From NCBI GenBank assembly GCA_036526195.1, contig DATCYZ010000033.1:30062-94061 (forward strand): 64,000 nt of DNA. Direction: 5' to 3'. The DNA comes from Burkholderiales bacterium. Lineage in GTDB: Bacteria; Pseudomonadota; Gammaproteobacteria; Burkholderiales; SG8-39. Of this stretch, positions 20,406-32,524 are shown piece by piece (position 1 is the stretch's first letter; every line of letters begins with the position of its first letter). Position numbers and translations under genes: made by a program. The notes below the pieces were generated by a model. It saw only the letters and a program-made list of their open reading frames with translations, had not been told where the DNA came from and ran no database searches.

Positions 20406-21506
20406 ATGAGCCCGGGGGTGGAGCTCGCAAGCTGGTTGCGGCTTGCGCTCACGCCCGGTCTTGGCCCTGTTTCCATCCGGTCGCTGCTGCAGCGCTTCGG
20501 GCACCCGGAGCGTCTGCTGGCCCTGCCGCGCGCCGAGTTGGCCCGCGCGCTTTCCCCGGACACGCTCGCCGCGCTGGATTCCGCGGCTGTCGATCGGGCG
20601 ATCGAGACCTCGCTGACATGGGTCGATCGCCCGGAGCGGGCGATCATCACGCTGGTCGATGCGGCGTATCCCAGGCGTCTCCTGCAGATTCCGGATCCGC
20701 CTGCGGTCCTGTTCGTGGCTGGACGCCTCGAACTGCTGCAGCGTTCCGTGCTCGCCGTCGTTGGCAGCAGGAACGCCACACCCCAGGGCTTGCTGACGGC
20801 CAGCCAGTTCGCGCGTGCATTGAGCAATGCCGGGCTGACCATCGCTTCGGGCCTTGCCATCGGCATCGATGCGGCGGCCCACGAGGGTGCGCTGCAGGGG
20901 GGCGGATCCACCATTGCCATGCTGGGCACCGGCATCGACGTGGCCTACCCGGCCCGCAATGCATCGCTCGCCGCGCGTGTTCAGGCGGAAGGCGTGCTGG
21001 TGTCCGAGTTTCCGCTCGGCACACGACCGATTGCCGGGAATTTCCCGCGCCGCAACCGGCTGATCAGCGGCGTGTCGATGGGTTGCCTCGTGGTGGAAGC
21101 CGCGGTCGCATCGGGCTCCCTGATCACCGCCTACGCGGCGCTGGAGCAGGGGCGGGAGGTCTTCGCGATTCCGGGCTCCATCCATTCCCCGGTGGCACGC
21201 GGTTGCCATGCACTGATCAAGGCCGGCGCGAAGCTCGTGGAAACCGCGAACGACGTGCTGAACGAACTGCATCTCGACACTTCGTCCGACGCCGTCCGCA
21301 CGCGTGCCGAAGCGGGCGCGGAAGCACCCGGTCTGCTTCGCGACATGGGCTTTGATCCGATCGACATCGACCACCTTTGCGCGCGCACGGGCCGCACGCC
21401 GGAGGCGCTCGCCACCGAACTTCTCGAACTCGAGCTTGCCGGCAAGGTTGCCGTGCTACCGGGAGGCTGCTATCAACGCCTGACAGGAGGGACCAGGAAT
21501 GTATGA
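20406..21506 (+). CDS. dprA: DNA processing protein DprA
   Basis: 366 aa. Rossmann-like core with VVGSRNAT...GLAIGIDAAAHEGAL is typical of DprA/Smf. Confidence 0.9.
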   Translation: MSPGVELASWLRLALTPGLGPVSIRSLLQRFGHPERLLALPRAELARALSPDTLAALDSAAVDRAIETSLTWVDRPERAIITLVDAAYPRRLLQIPDPPAVLFVAGRLELLQRSVLAVVGSRNATPQGLLTASQFARALSNAGLTIASGLAIGIDAAAHEGALQGGGSTIAMLGTGIDVAYPARNASLAARVQAEGVLVSEFPLGTRPIAGNFPRRNRLISGVSMGCLVVEAAVASGSLITAYAALEQGREVFAIPGSIHSPVARGCHALIKAGAKLVETANDVLNELHLDTSSDAVRTRAEAGAEAPGLLRDMGFDPIDIDHLCARTGRTPEALATELLELELAGKVAVLPGGCYQRLTGGTRNV

Positions 21507-21963
21507 CGTGCTCGCTTACCTGTATCAGAACTATCGCCACGTCGAGTTGACGCACCACGGCGAACGCCTGTCGCGCAAGCTCTCGGCCGCCGGTTTCGAC
21601 GGCGACGACATCAGCGACGCCTTCTCGTGGCTCGCCGGCCTGCGGACGGTGGCCTGGCAGGCCCGGGCGCCCTTGCCGGACGCGAGGCCATGCTTCCGGG
21701 TTTATGCGCCCAAGGAACTTGCCCGGCTGGACCTCGAATGCCGCCGATTTCTCGCCGCGCTGGAGAACGCGGGCATTCTTGCACCTGATTCGCGCGAGCA
21801 GGTGATCGAGCGCGCGATGGCCGCTGCCGGCGGCCCGTTGAGTCTGACGCAGCTGAAACTCCTGACACTGATGGTGTTGTGGCACAGGAAGATTCCGGGC
21901 AGCTGCATGGTCGCGGAAGAGATCTTCGAGCAGGAACAATCCGCCGCAAGAAAGCCTAACTGA
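21499..21963 (+). CDS. smg: Smg (DUF494) protein
   Basis: 154 aa beginning MYDVLAYLYQNY... It overlaps the dprA end by 8 nt, in the classical dprA-smg-topoisomerase arrangement. Confidence 0.88.
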   Translation: MYDVLAYLYQNYRHVELTHHGERLSRKLSAAGFDGDDISDAFSWLAGLRTVAWQARAPLPDARPCFRVYAPKELARLDLECRRFLAALENAGILAPDSREQVIERAMAAAGGPLSLTQLKLLTLMVLWHRKIPGSCMVAEEIFEQEQSAARKPN

Positions 21964-22055
21964 GGCGCTGGATCCGGCATGGCGCCCGGCCCGTCCGGTT
22001 GCCCGCGCGCCAACTTTGCACTTATTATCTGCCGCCGTTCGACCCCGAACGGACC

Positions 22056-22110
22056 GTGATCCGTGAAACGCGGATCACCTTCAAACCCAGTTCGACTCCT
22101 TCAGGATCAC
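22056..22110 (+). promoter_or_regulatory. 5' leader with mutually exclusive hairpins over the topoisomerase RBS
   Basis: GTGATCCG (22056-22063) is complementary both to CGGATCAC (22071-22078) and to GGATCAC (22104-22110). The latter overlaps the AGGA RBS just before the TTG start at 22115. Confidence 0.4.
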
Positions 22111-22114
22111 TCTC

Positions 22115-24712
22115 TTGGGAAAGCGACTCATCATCGCAGAGAAACCGTCGGTGGCCGCCGATATCGCGAAGGCGCTCGGCGGCTTCACGCGCAAGGGCGA
22201 TCACTTCGAGAGCGAAGCGTTTCTGGTGGCCGCCGCAGTCGGTCACCTGCTCGAACTCGTGGTTCCTGAGGAATACGAGGTCAAGAAGGGCAAGTGGTCG
22301 TTCTCGAACCTCCCCGTGATCCCGCCCCGGTTCGAGTTGTCTCCGATCGAGCGCAACGAGGAGCGGCTCAAGCTGCTGCTGCGCCTGATCAAGCGAAAGG
22401 ATGTCGACGGGATCATCAACGCCTGCGATGCGGGGCGAGAAGGTGAATTGATCTTCCGTTACATCATGCAGCACGCCCGATCGAACAAGCCGATCGAGCG
22501 CCTGTGGCTTCAGTCCATGACGCAGGCGTCGATCCGGGAGGGGTTCGCGAATCTGAAGGCGGACCGGGACCTTCTTTCACTGGCGGACGCCGCGAAAAGC
22601 CGTTCCGAGGCCGACTGGCTGGTCGGTATCAACGGGACGCGTGCGATGACGGCGTTCAACTCCAAGGAGGGGGGCTTCTACCTCACGACGGTCGGGCGCG
22701 TGCAGACCCCCACGCTTGCCGTCCTGGTCGAGCGCGAAGCGCGCATTCGCGCCTTCAAGCCGCGGGACTACTGGGAGGTGCATGGCCGCTTCACGGTCGC
22801 CGCGGGAGAGTACACCGGGCGCTGGATCGACCCCGAGTTTAGGAAGGATGAGGACGGCGAGCGCAGGGCCGACCGCCTGTGGGATCAGGCGCGTGCGGAA
22901 GCGATCGCCGCGGCCTGTCGCGGCAAGCCCGGGATCGTTACCGAGGAAACCAAGCCGTCCACACAGAGCCCTGCGCTGCTGTTCGACCTGACGAGCCTGC
23001 AGCGCGAATCGAATGGCCGGTTCGGCATTTCGGCCCGCAACACCCTTTCGCTGGCCCAGTCCCTCTACGAACGGCACAAGGTCCTGACCTACCCGAGGAC
23101 CGATTCCCGCGCCCTGCCCGAGGATTACATCGACACGGTCAAGCAGACCATCGGCGTGCTTGCCGGCGAGGACGCCTATGCGCCGTTCGCGAAGCAGATC
23201 ATCAAGTCGGGATGGGTCAAGCCGACGAAGAAGGTGTTCGACAACACCAAAATCTCGGATCACTTCGCCATCATTCCGACGCTGCAGACGCCGGGCAACC
23301 TGAGCGATGCCGAGCGCAAGATCTACGATCTGGTCGTGCGGCGGTTTCTGGCGATCTTCTATCCGCCGGCGGAGTTCGCCCAGACAACCCGCATCACCAG
23401 GATCGGCGATGACGGATTCCGGACCGACGGCCGTGTTCTCGTTTCTCCGGGCTGGCTCGCCGTGTACGGGCGCGCAACCGCCCAGGAAAGCGACTCGCTC
23501 ACTCCGGTGAAGTCGGGGGAGTCCGCGCTGGCCGAGGAAGTTCGCGTCGAGGCGCACCAGACCAAGCCCCCCGCCCGCTACACGGAGGCGACGCTGCTCT
23601 CGGCCATGGAGGGCGCTGGCCGGCTCGTTGAGGACGACGAGTTGCGCGCCGCCATGGAGACCAAGGGACTGGGAACGCCGGCGACACGGGCTGCCGTCAT
23701 CGAGGGCCTGATCCACGAGGACTACCTGCACCGCAACGCGCGCGAGCTCGTGCCCACGCCGAAGGCGTTCTCCCTGCTGTTCGCGCTCAAGCATTTCGGC
23801 GTCAACGAAATCACCTCCCCCGAACTGACCGGCGACTGGGAGTTCAAGTTGAAGGAAATGGAGCATGGCCGGCTTCGTCGTGAAGAGTTCATGGATCACA
23901 TCGAGCAGGTCACCCGCGACCTCGTCGAGCGGATCCGCAACGGCGACATTCCGGATACCGCGTTTGCCACGGTATCTGCGCCCTGTCCGCGCTGCGGCGG
24001 GGTGGTGCAGGAGAATTACCGGAAATTCGTCTGCCAGAAATGCGAGTTCTCGCTCTGGAAGGTGATTGCCGGAAGAGCCTGGGGGCCCGAGGAGATCGCG
24101 CAATTGTTCACCGAGCGCTTCATTGGCCCGCTTTCCGGATTTCGCAGCAAGATGGGCCGGCCGTTCAGCGCCGGTCTGCGCCTTACGGACGAGTTCAAGA
24201 TCGAGTTCGACTTCGGCCAGGGCACGGCATCCGAACTGGATGCGGTCGCACCGGATTTTTCGGGCCAGGACCGCCTTGGCGACTGTCCGAAGTGCAAGGG
24301 ATCGGTATTCGAGCATGGGGCCGCCTACGTCTGCGAGAAGGCGGTCGGCCCGGATCGAAGCTGCGATTTCCGTTCCGGCAAGGTCATTCTTCAGCAACCC
24401 ATCGAGCGTGAGCAGATGCAGAAACTGCTCGCGACCGGAAAGACGGATCTCCTGACCCGCTTCATCTCGAAGAAGGGACGCCCGTTCAAGGCGTTCCTTG
24501 CCAAAACCGCCGAGGGCAAGATCGGCTTCGAGTTCCAGCCGCGCGCGCCGAAGAAAACCGCGGAACCCACGGCCACGGACGTTGCAGGCGCGGCTGAGGC
24601 ACCGGCAAAGAAGAAAGCCGTGAAACGCAAGCCGTCGGCTACGGCCAGGAAGGCGCCGGCCCGGAAAAAACCCGCCACGGCCCGCAAGGCGGGCAAGCGC
24701 CCGAAAGCCTAG
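22115..24712 (+). CDS. topB: type IA DNA topoisomerase, Topo III-like core with C-terminal zinc ribbons, Toprim_C-type repeats and a Lys-rich tail
   Basis: IAEKPS, GHLLE, ADWLVGINGTRA, GRVQTPTL, LTYPRTDSRALPE, DHFAIIPT and GLGTPATRAAVIE all follow E. coli TopB rather than TopA. CPRCGG...CQKC and CPKCKG...C motifs. TTG start. Confidence 0.88.
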   Translation: MGKRLIIAEKPSVAADIAKALGGFTRKGDHFESEAFLVAAAVGHLLELVVPEEYEVKKGKWSFSNLPVIPPRFELSPIERNEERLKLLLRLIKRKDVDGIINACDAGREGELIFRYIMQHARSNKPIERLWLQSMTQASIREGFANLKADRDLLSLADAAKSRSEADWLVGINGTRAMTAFNSKEGGFYLTTVGRVQTPTLAVLVEREARIRAFKPRDYWEVHGRFTVAAGEYTGRWIDPEFRKDEDGERRADRLWDQARAEAIAAACRGKPGIVTEETKPSTQSPALLFDLTSLQRESNGRFGISARNTLSLAQSLYERHKVLTYPRTDSRALPEDYIDTVKQTIGVLAGEDAYAPFAKQIIKSGWVKPTKKVFDNTKISDHFAIIPTLQTPGNLSDAERKIYDLVVRRFLAIFYPPAEFAQTTRITRIGDDGFRTDGRVLVSPGWLAVYGRATAQESDSLTPVKSGESALAEEVRVEAHQTKPPARYTEATLLSAMEGAGRLVEDDELRAAMETKGLGTPATRAAVIEGLIHEDYLHRNARELVPTPKAFSLLFALKHFGVNEITSPELTGDWEFKLKEMEHGRLRREEFMDHIEQVTRDLVERIRNGDIPDTAFATVSAPCPRCGGVVQENYRKFVCQKCEFSLWKVIAGRAWGPEEIAQLFTERFIGPLSGFRSKMGRPFSAGLRLTDEFKIEFDFGQGTASELDAVAPDFSGQDRLGDCPKCKGSVFEHGAAYVCEKAVGPDRSCDFRSGKVILQQPIEREQMQKLLATGKTDLLTRFISKKGRPFKAFLAKTAEGKIGFEFQPRAPKKTAEPTATDVAGAAEAPAKKKAVKRKPSATARKAPARKKPATARKAGKRPKA

Positions 24713-24717
24713 GAATT

Positions 24718-24741
24718 CCCCGCTGACGATGCCCCGCGGGG
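24718..24741. terminator. weak GC hairpin between convergent topoisomerase and gyrB genes
   Basis: CCCCGC (24718-24723) is complementary to GCGGGG (24736-24741). It has a short stem, a long loop and no clear T-tract. Confidence 0.25.
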
Positions 24742-24745
24742 TTCG

Positions 24746-28331
<3,586 letters not shown>

Positions 28332-28559
28332 TGTTATTGCCTTTCTAAGAATATTAATTAGTAGTAGTTAGTAGTAAAACGTCAAATCCGGGAGTAAGAG
28401 GAATTCGTCATTGCAGCCAATCCCTTACGACAAACCGCGTTCCTGTAAAAACTGTGGGCAGCGTGTGTGCAATATTGAGCAAGTTTCCGGCGTTCCGGGA
28501 AAAACGGAAATGCCCACAATCTGCACAGCGCTCGCACACATCTTGTCCACAGGATTCCT
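28332..28559. other. dnaA-dnaN intergenic region: AT-rich block plus DnaA-box-like motifs (candidate oriC part and/or dnaN control region)
   Basis: AT-rich 28332-28387 includes the tandem TTAGTAGTA-G-TTAGTAGTA (28358-28376). TTGTCCACA (28543-28551) has 1 mismatch to TTATCCACA. TGCCCACA occurs twice in inverted orientation (28453-28460 reverse, 28511-28518). Confidence 0.45.
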
Positions 28560-29906
28560 TCATCGCTTGAGCACCTGTTCCAGAACGAGGTAGTCCCTGT
28601 TCAGACTGATGTCCTGCTTGCGCAGCGATGCGATCGTGCGGCATGCATGAAGCACCGTCGTGTGATCCCGGTTTCCGAAGGCTTCGCCGATTTCAGGGAG
28701 ACTCATCTGCGTCAGATCCTTCGCCAGCGCCATCGCCACCTGGCGAGGCCGCGCAATATTGCGACTGCGTTTCTTTGAATGCATGTCCGACAGGCGAAGC
28801 TGAAAATAATCTGCGACCGTCTTCTGGATGCCGTCGACGGTGATCTGCCGGTTGATGACGTTCAGGATGTCGCGCAATGATTCCTTCGCCAACTCAAGCG
28901 ACAGGTCCGCTTTCGTGAAGCGCGCGTAGGCGAGGACCTTCTTCAGGGCGCCCTCGAGCTCCCGAACGTTGGAACGGACGTGTTGAGCGATGAAGAAGGC
29001 GATGTCCTCCGGCAGGACGATCGATTCCGCCTCGGCCTTCTTCAGGACAATGGCGACACGCATCTCGAGTTCCGGCGGCTCGATGGCGACGGTGAGGCCC
29101 CAGCCGAAACGGGAAATCAGCCGTTCTTCCATGCCCGAGATCTCCTTCGGGTAGGTATCGCAGGTGATCACGATCTGCCGGTGCGCCTCGACCAGCGCAT
29201 TGAAGGCGTAGAAGAACTCTTCCTGGGTCCGGTCCTTGTTCGAAAAGAACTGGATATCGTCGATCAACAGGACATCCAGGGAATGGTAGTAGCGCTTGAA
29301 CTCGTCGAACGACCGCTGGCGCACCGTTCGCACAACATCGGAAACATACTGCTCCGCGTGGCTGTACCGAACGCGGGCCTGCGGTCGCTGCGCGAGGACA
29401 TGGTTTCCGATGGCCTGAACGAGGTGGGTTTTTCCCAATCCAACGCCGCCATAGACGAACAATGGGTTGTAGGAGGTTCCGGGGTTTTCCGCGACCTGGA
29501 TCGCCGCCGCCCGCGCCAGCTGGTTTGCCTTTCCGGTGACGAAGTTCTCGAACGTGAATGCGCGATTGAGTCGGCCACGCTCCGGCGCTTCGCTGGCGGC
29601 AGGCAGGATCGCCGGCGCGCGCGGCGTAACGTCCGGCTGTGAAGCGCGTGGCGCCGGCTCGGCGTCGCGGCCAAGAACCAGACGGACATCCGTCGGGCAG
29701 CCGGCAACCTCCGAGAGCAGCTCCCCGATTCGGGCGGCGAACCGGGACTGCACCAGCTCGAGCACGAAGCGATTGGGCGCAACCAGGACGAGGCTGCCGT
29801 CCTCCTTAGCGCTGTCCGGCACAAGCGCGCGGACCCAGGTGTTGAATTGTTGTGCAGGCACCTCCTGCTCGAGACGACGCAGGCAGGCTTCCCAGAGGCT
29901 CGACAT
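28560..29906 (-). CDS. dnaA: chromosomal replication initiator DnaA
   Basis: Track ORF 28560..30458 trimmed to ATG 29906 ([15 protein letters not shown]...). Walker [12 protein letters not shown]-terminal DNA-binding helix region ...[12 protein letters not shown]. Confidence 0.95.
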   Translation of the reverse strand: MSSLWEACLRRLEQEVPAQQFNTWVRALVPDSAKEDGSLVLVAPNRFVLELVQSRFAARIGELLSEVAGCPTDVRLVLGRDAEPAPRASQPDVTPRAPAILPAASEAPERGRLNRAFTFENFVTGKANQLARAAAIQVAENPGTSYNPLFVYGGVGLGKTHLVQAIGNHVLAQRPQARVRYSHAEQYVSDVVRTVRQRSFDEFKRYYHSLDVLLIDDIQFFSNKDRTQEEFFYAFNALVEAHRQIVITCDTYPKEISGMEERLISRFGWGLTVAIEPPELEMRVAIVLKKAEAESIVLPEDIAFFIAQHVRSNVRELEGALKKVLAYARFTKADLSLELAKESLRDILNVINRQITVDGIQKTVADYFQLRLSDMHSKKRSRNIARPRQVAMALAKDLTQMSLPEIGEAFGNRDHTTVLHACRTIASLRKQDISLNRDYLVLEQVLKR

Positions 29907-30004
29907 GAGATAAAGGCGGCTCGAATCGCGTGCCGGAATCCGGCGACGCCCAACACGGACGACGGGACGACGGCAAAGCGAAATTTTACCCGCAACAAGG
30001 TGAG

Positions 30005-30013
30005 TTATCCACA
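30005..30013 (+). promoter_or_regulatory. perfect consensus DnaA box TTATCCACA in the dnaA / rpmH divergent region
   Basis: Exact 9-mer read from the sequence, 99 nt upstream of the dnaA start codon. Confidence 0.7.
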
Positions 30014-30038
30014 GGAAGGTGCCTGAAAAAACATGGAT

Positions 30039-30068
30039 TTGACAGTCTATGCCGCCACGCGATCTAAT
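30039..30068 (+). promoter_or_regulatory. candidate rpmH promoter TTGACA-N18-TCTAAT
   Basis: Consensus -35 hexamer at 30039-30044 and a -10-like hexamer at 30063-30068, 27 nt upstream of the rpmH ATG. Confidence 0.45.
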
Positions 30069-30094
30069 AGCCGCCTTTTGCCAGTGGGGCAGTG

Positions 30095-30229
30095 ATGAAG
30101 CGAACCTATCAGCCGTCCAAAACCCGGCGTGCCCGGCAGCACGGATTCCTTGTGCGAAGCCAGACCCGCGGTGGTCGTGCCGTACTGCGCGCGCGGCGGG
30201 CGCGGGGACGCAAACGTCTGGGAATCTGA
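30095..30229 (+). CDS. rpmH: 50S ribosomal protein L34; not in the ORF track
   Basis: Manual translation gives [44 protein letters not shown] (44 aa), the canonical L34 sequence. It lies immediately upstream of rnpA. Confidence 0.95.
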   Translation: MKRTYQPSKTRRARQHGFLVRSQTRGGRAVLRARRARGRKRLGI

Positions 30230-30243
30230 TTCCCCCAAACCGC

Positions 30244-30603
30244 GTGCCTGTGCCGGACCGGCGGGCACGCGCCGGACTCGGGCCCGCCCGGCGAATAGGC
30301 GGGCGTTCCGGGTTTGAAGTCATCCTGCGGGACGGAACCCGCCGAAAGCTGGCTGGATTCACGTTCATTCTCCTGAGCCGGGGGGCGGGTCCTGCGCGCC
30401 TCGGCATACTCGTATCCAGAAAGCACTCCGCTCGCGCAAACGTGCGAAATTCCATCAAGCGTAGGATTCGGGAAGCGTTCCGGGCGGAGCATCAGGCGCT
30501 CGGGCCGGTGGATGTTCTGGTGCGCCCGCCATTCGGCATTGTTCCGACGGCCCGCATGTACCGTCAGCTTCGAGAGGCCTTTGTGCGCCTCGGACAATCA
30601 TGA
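30244..30603 (+). CDS. rnpA: ribonuclease P protein component
   Basis: C-terminal 119 aa of track ORF 30049..30603. GTG at 30244 (or 30250), just after the rpmH stop. Basic protein with ...[25 protein letters not shown]... Its stop overlaps the yidD start (ATGA). Confidence 0.8.
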   Translation: MPVPDRRARAGLGPARRIGGRSGFEVILRDGTRRKLAGFTFILLSRGAGPARLGILVSRKHSARANVRNSIKRRIREAFRAEHQALGPVDVLVRPPFGIVPTARMYRQLREAFVRLGQS

Positions 30604-30827
30604 TCACATCGTTCCTGCGATTCTTCGTGCGCGCTTACCGGGTGGCCATCAGCCCGATGCTTGCGCCGAGTTGCAGATTCCATCCGAGTTGCTCTCAGTA
30701 TGCGGACGAGGCACTCGCCCTTCACGGTCCATGGCGCGGAACCTGGCTCGCAACGCGACGGATCTGTCGTTGCGGGCCATGGAACGAAGGCGGCTACGAC
30801 CCCGTACCGGAGCGGCGGCACGCCTGA
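30600..30827 (+). CDS. yidD: membrane protein insertion efficiency factor YidD
   Basis: 75 aa with the [11 protein letters not shown] motif. Confidence 0.92.
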   Translation: MITSFLRFFVRAYRVAISPMLAPSCRFHPSCSQYADEALALHGPWRGTWLATRRICRCGPWNEGGYDPVPERRHA

Positions 30828-30847
30828 GGCGGCCGTCCTAGCTGACC

Positions 30848-32524
30848 ATGGATATCCAGCGACTGATTCTTCTGTTCATCTTCAGCTTTTCGGTGCTGAT
30901 GCTCTGGGACGCGTGGGAAAAGCACCAGCGGCCAAAGCCGGCGGCGGTTGCCGCGCAGGCCCAGGGATCGGTGCCCGCGCCCTCGTTGCCGCAGACCCCC
31001 CCTGCGCCGCAGCCTGCGGCAGGGGCCGCCCCGGTCGCGGGCGCACCCGCGCCCGCGGCGTCCGGCGCCGCCGCGCCGGCCGCGCAGAAACGCGAGATGC
31101 TCGTCGCGACCACCGATTTCCTGCGCGCCGAGATCGATACGCTGGGCGGCACCGTGCAACGCGTCGAGTTCTCCCGGCACAAGGATTCGGCGGATCCGAC
31201 GAAGAATTTCGTCTTCTTCGGCCCGGAGCATTCCTTCGCCGCCCAGAGCGGAATCACGGGCGATGCGGGGCCGAATCACCGCACGGCGTGGCGCGTGCTG
31301 CCTGGCCCGCGCGAGCTTGCCGCCGGGGTTGATCGTTTCGAGGTGCGCCTCGCCGCCGAAACCCAGACCGGACTCGCGGTGCAGAAGGTCTTCACCTTCT
31401 CGCGCTCGAGCTACCAGATCGGCATCGCGTTCGAGATTGCGAACAACGGCGCCGCACCGGTGCGGCCGCACGCGTATTTCCAGCTGGTGCGCGACGACAA
31501 GGCACCGGCCGGCGAATCAGCGATGATGCAAACCTTCACCGGGCCGGTGTTCTTCACGGACGAGAAGAAGTACGCGAAGGTCTCGTTCGAGGATGTCGCC
31601 AAGGGCAAGACGGATCTGCCCAAGCAGGCCGTCACCGACGGCTGGATCGGGATGGTGCAGCACTATTTCGTTGCGGCATGGCTTCCGGCGGAGAAGGCCT
31701 CGCGCGAGTTCTTTGCCCGGAAGCTCCCGGACGGCCTGTACGCCGCCGGCGCCATCATCGGCATGGGCGAGATTGCGCCGGGCGCGACGGAGCGCGTGGA
31801 AACGCACCTCTATGCAGGCCCGCAGGAGTTGCGTCGCCTGGAAGCGGCCGCACCCGGACTCGACCTGGTGGTCGATTTCGGCTGGCTGACCGTGATTGCC
31901 AAGCCCCTGTTCTGGCTGCTCGAGAAGTACCACGGAATCTCCGGAAACTGGGGCGCGGCCATCATTCTCCTGACGATCACGATCAAGCTGGTGTTCTTTC
32001 CGCTCTCGGCTGCGAGCTACAAGTCGATGGCGAAGATGAAGCTGGTCACCCCGCGCCTGACCAAGATCCGCGAGACCTACGGGAACGATCGCCAGAAGAT
32101 GAACCAGGCGATGATGGAGTTGTACAAGACGGAGAAGATCAATCCCCTGGGCGGATGCTTCCCGATCCTGGTGCAGATCCCGGTCTTCATTGCCCTGTAC
32201 TGGACACTGCTCGCGGCGATCGAATTGCGGCATGCGCCGTTCATTCTCTGGATCAAGGACCTTTCGGCGCTCGATCCCTACTATGTACTGCCGGTGCTGA
32301 TGGCCATCACCATGATCCTGCAAACGAAGATGAACCCGGTGCCGCCGGATCCGGTGCAGGCGAAGGTCATGCAGTTCATGCCTTACGTATTCAGCGTGTT
32401 CTTCTTCTTCTTTCCTGCCGGGCTGGTGCTCTACTGGCTGGTGAACAACATCCTTTCCATCGGACAGCAGTGGCAGATCCAGCGCATGTTTGATCGCGAC
32501 AAGACTGCCCATGGCAGACGCTGA
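30848..32524 (+). CDS. yidC: membrane protein insertase YidC
   Basis: 558 aa with an N-terminal TM, a large periplasmic domain and the conserved C-terminal 5-TM core (GNWGAAIILLTITIKLVFFPL...). Confidence 0.95.
   Translation: MDIQRLILLFIFSFSVLMLWDAWEKHQRPKPAAVAAQAQGSVPAPSLPQTPPAPQPAAGAAPVAGAPAPAASGAAAPAAQKREMLVATTDFLRAEIDTLGGTVQRVEFSRHKDSADPTKNFVFFGPEHSFAAQSGITGDAGPNHRTAWRVLPGPRELAAGVDRFEVRLAAETQTGLAVQKVFTFSRSSYQIGIAFEIANNGAAPVRPHAYFQLVRDDKAPAGESAMMQTFTGPVFFTDEKKYAKVSFEDVAKGKTDLPKQAVTDGWIGMVQHYFVAAWLPAEKASREFFARKLPDGLYAAGAIIGMGEIAPGATERVETHLYAGPQELRRLEAAAPGLDLVVDFGWLTVIAKPLFWLLEKYHGISGNWGAAIILLTITIKLVFFPLSAASYKSMAKMKLVTPRLTKIRETYGNDRQKMNQAMMELYKTEKINPLGGCFPILVQIPVFIALYWTLLAAIELRHAPFILWIKDLSALDPYYVLPVLMAITMILQTKMNPVPPDPVQAKVMQFMPYVFSVFFFFFPAGLVLYWLVNNILSIGQQWQIQRMFDRDKTAHGRR

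Noticed and set aside
22086-22100. A tRNA T-arm-like string (CCCAGTTCGACTCCT) upstream of the topoisomerase gene.
   Set aside because: The flanking bases do not form the 5-bp T-stem. No acceptor, D or anticodon arms can be drawn around it.
28560-30458. 5'-extended versions of real genes in the track: dnaA 632 aa, ntrY 838 aa (to 16105), rsmB 528 aa (to 17933), parA 354 aa (from 42599), C-N hydrolase 458 aa (to 38657) and marR 669 aa (to 2512).
   Set aside because: The extensions are Arg/Pro-rich, overlap neighbouring genes or promoters, and precede internal starts that match homologue N-termini and show ATGA/GTGA coupling or RBSs.
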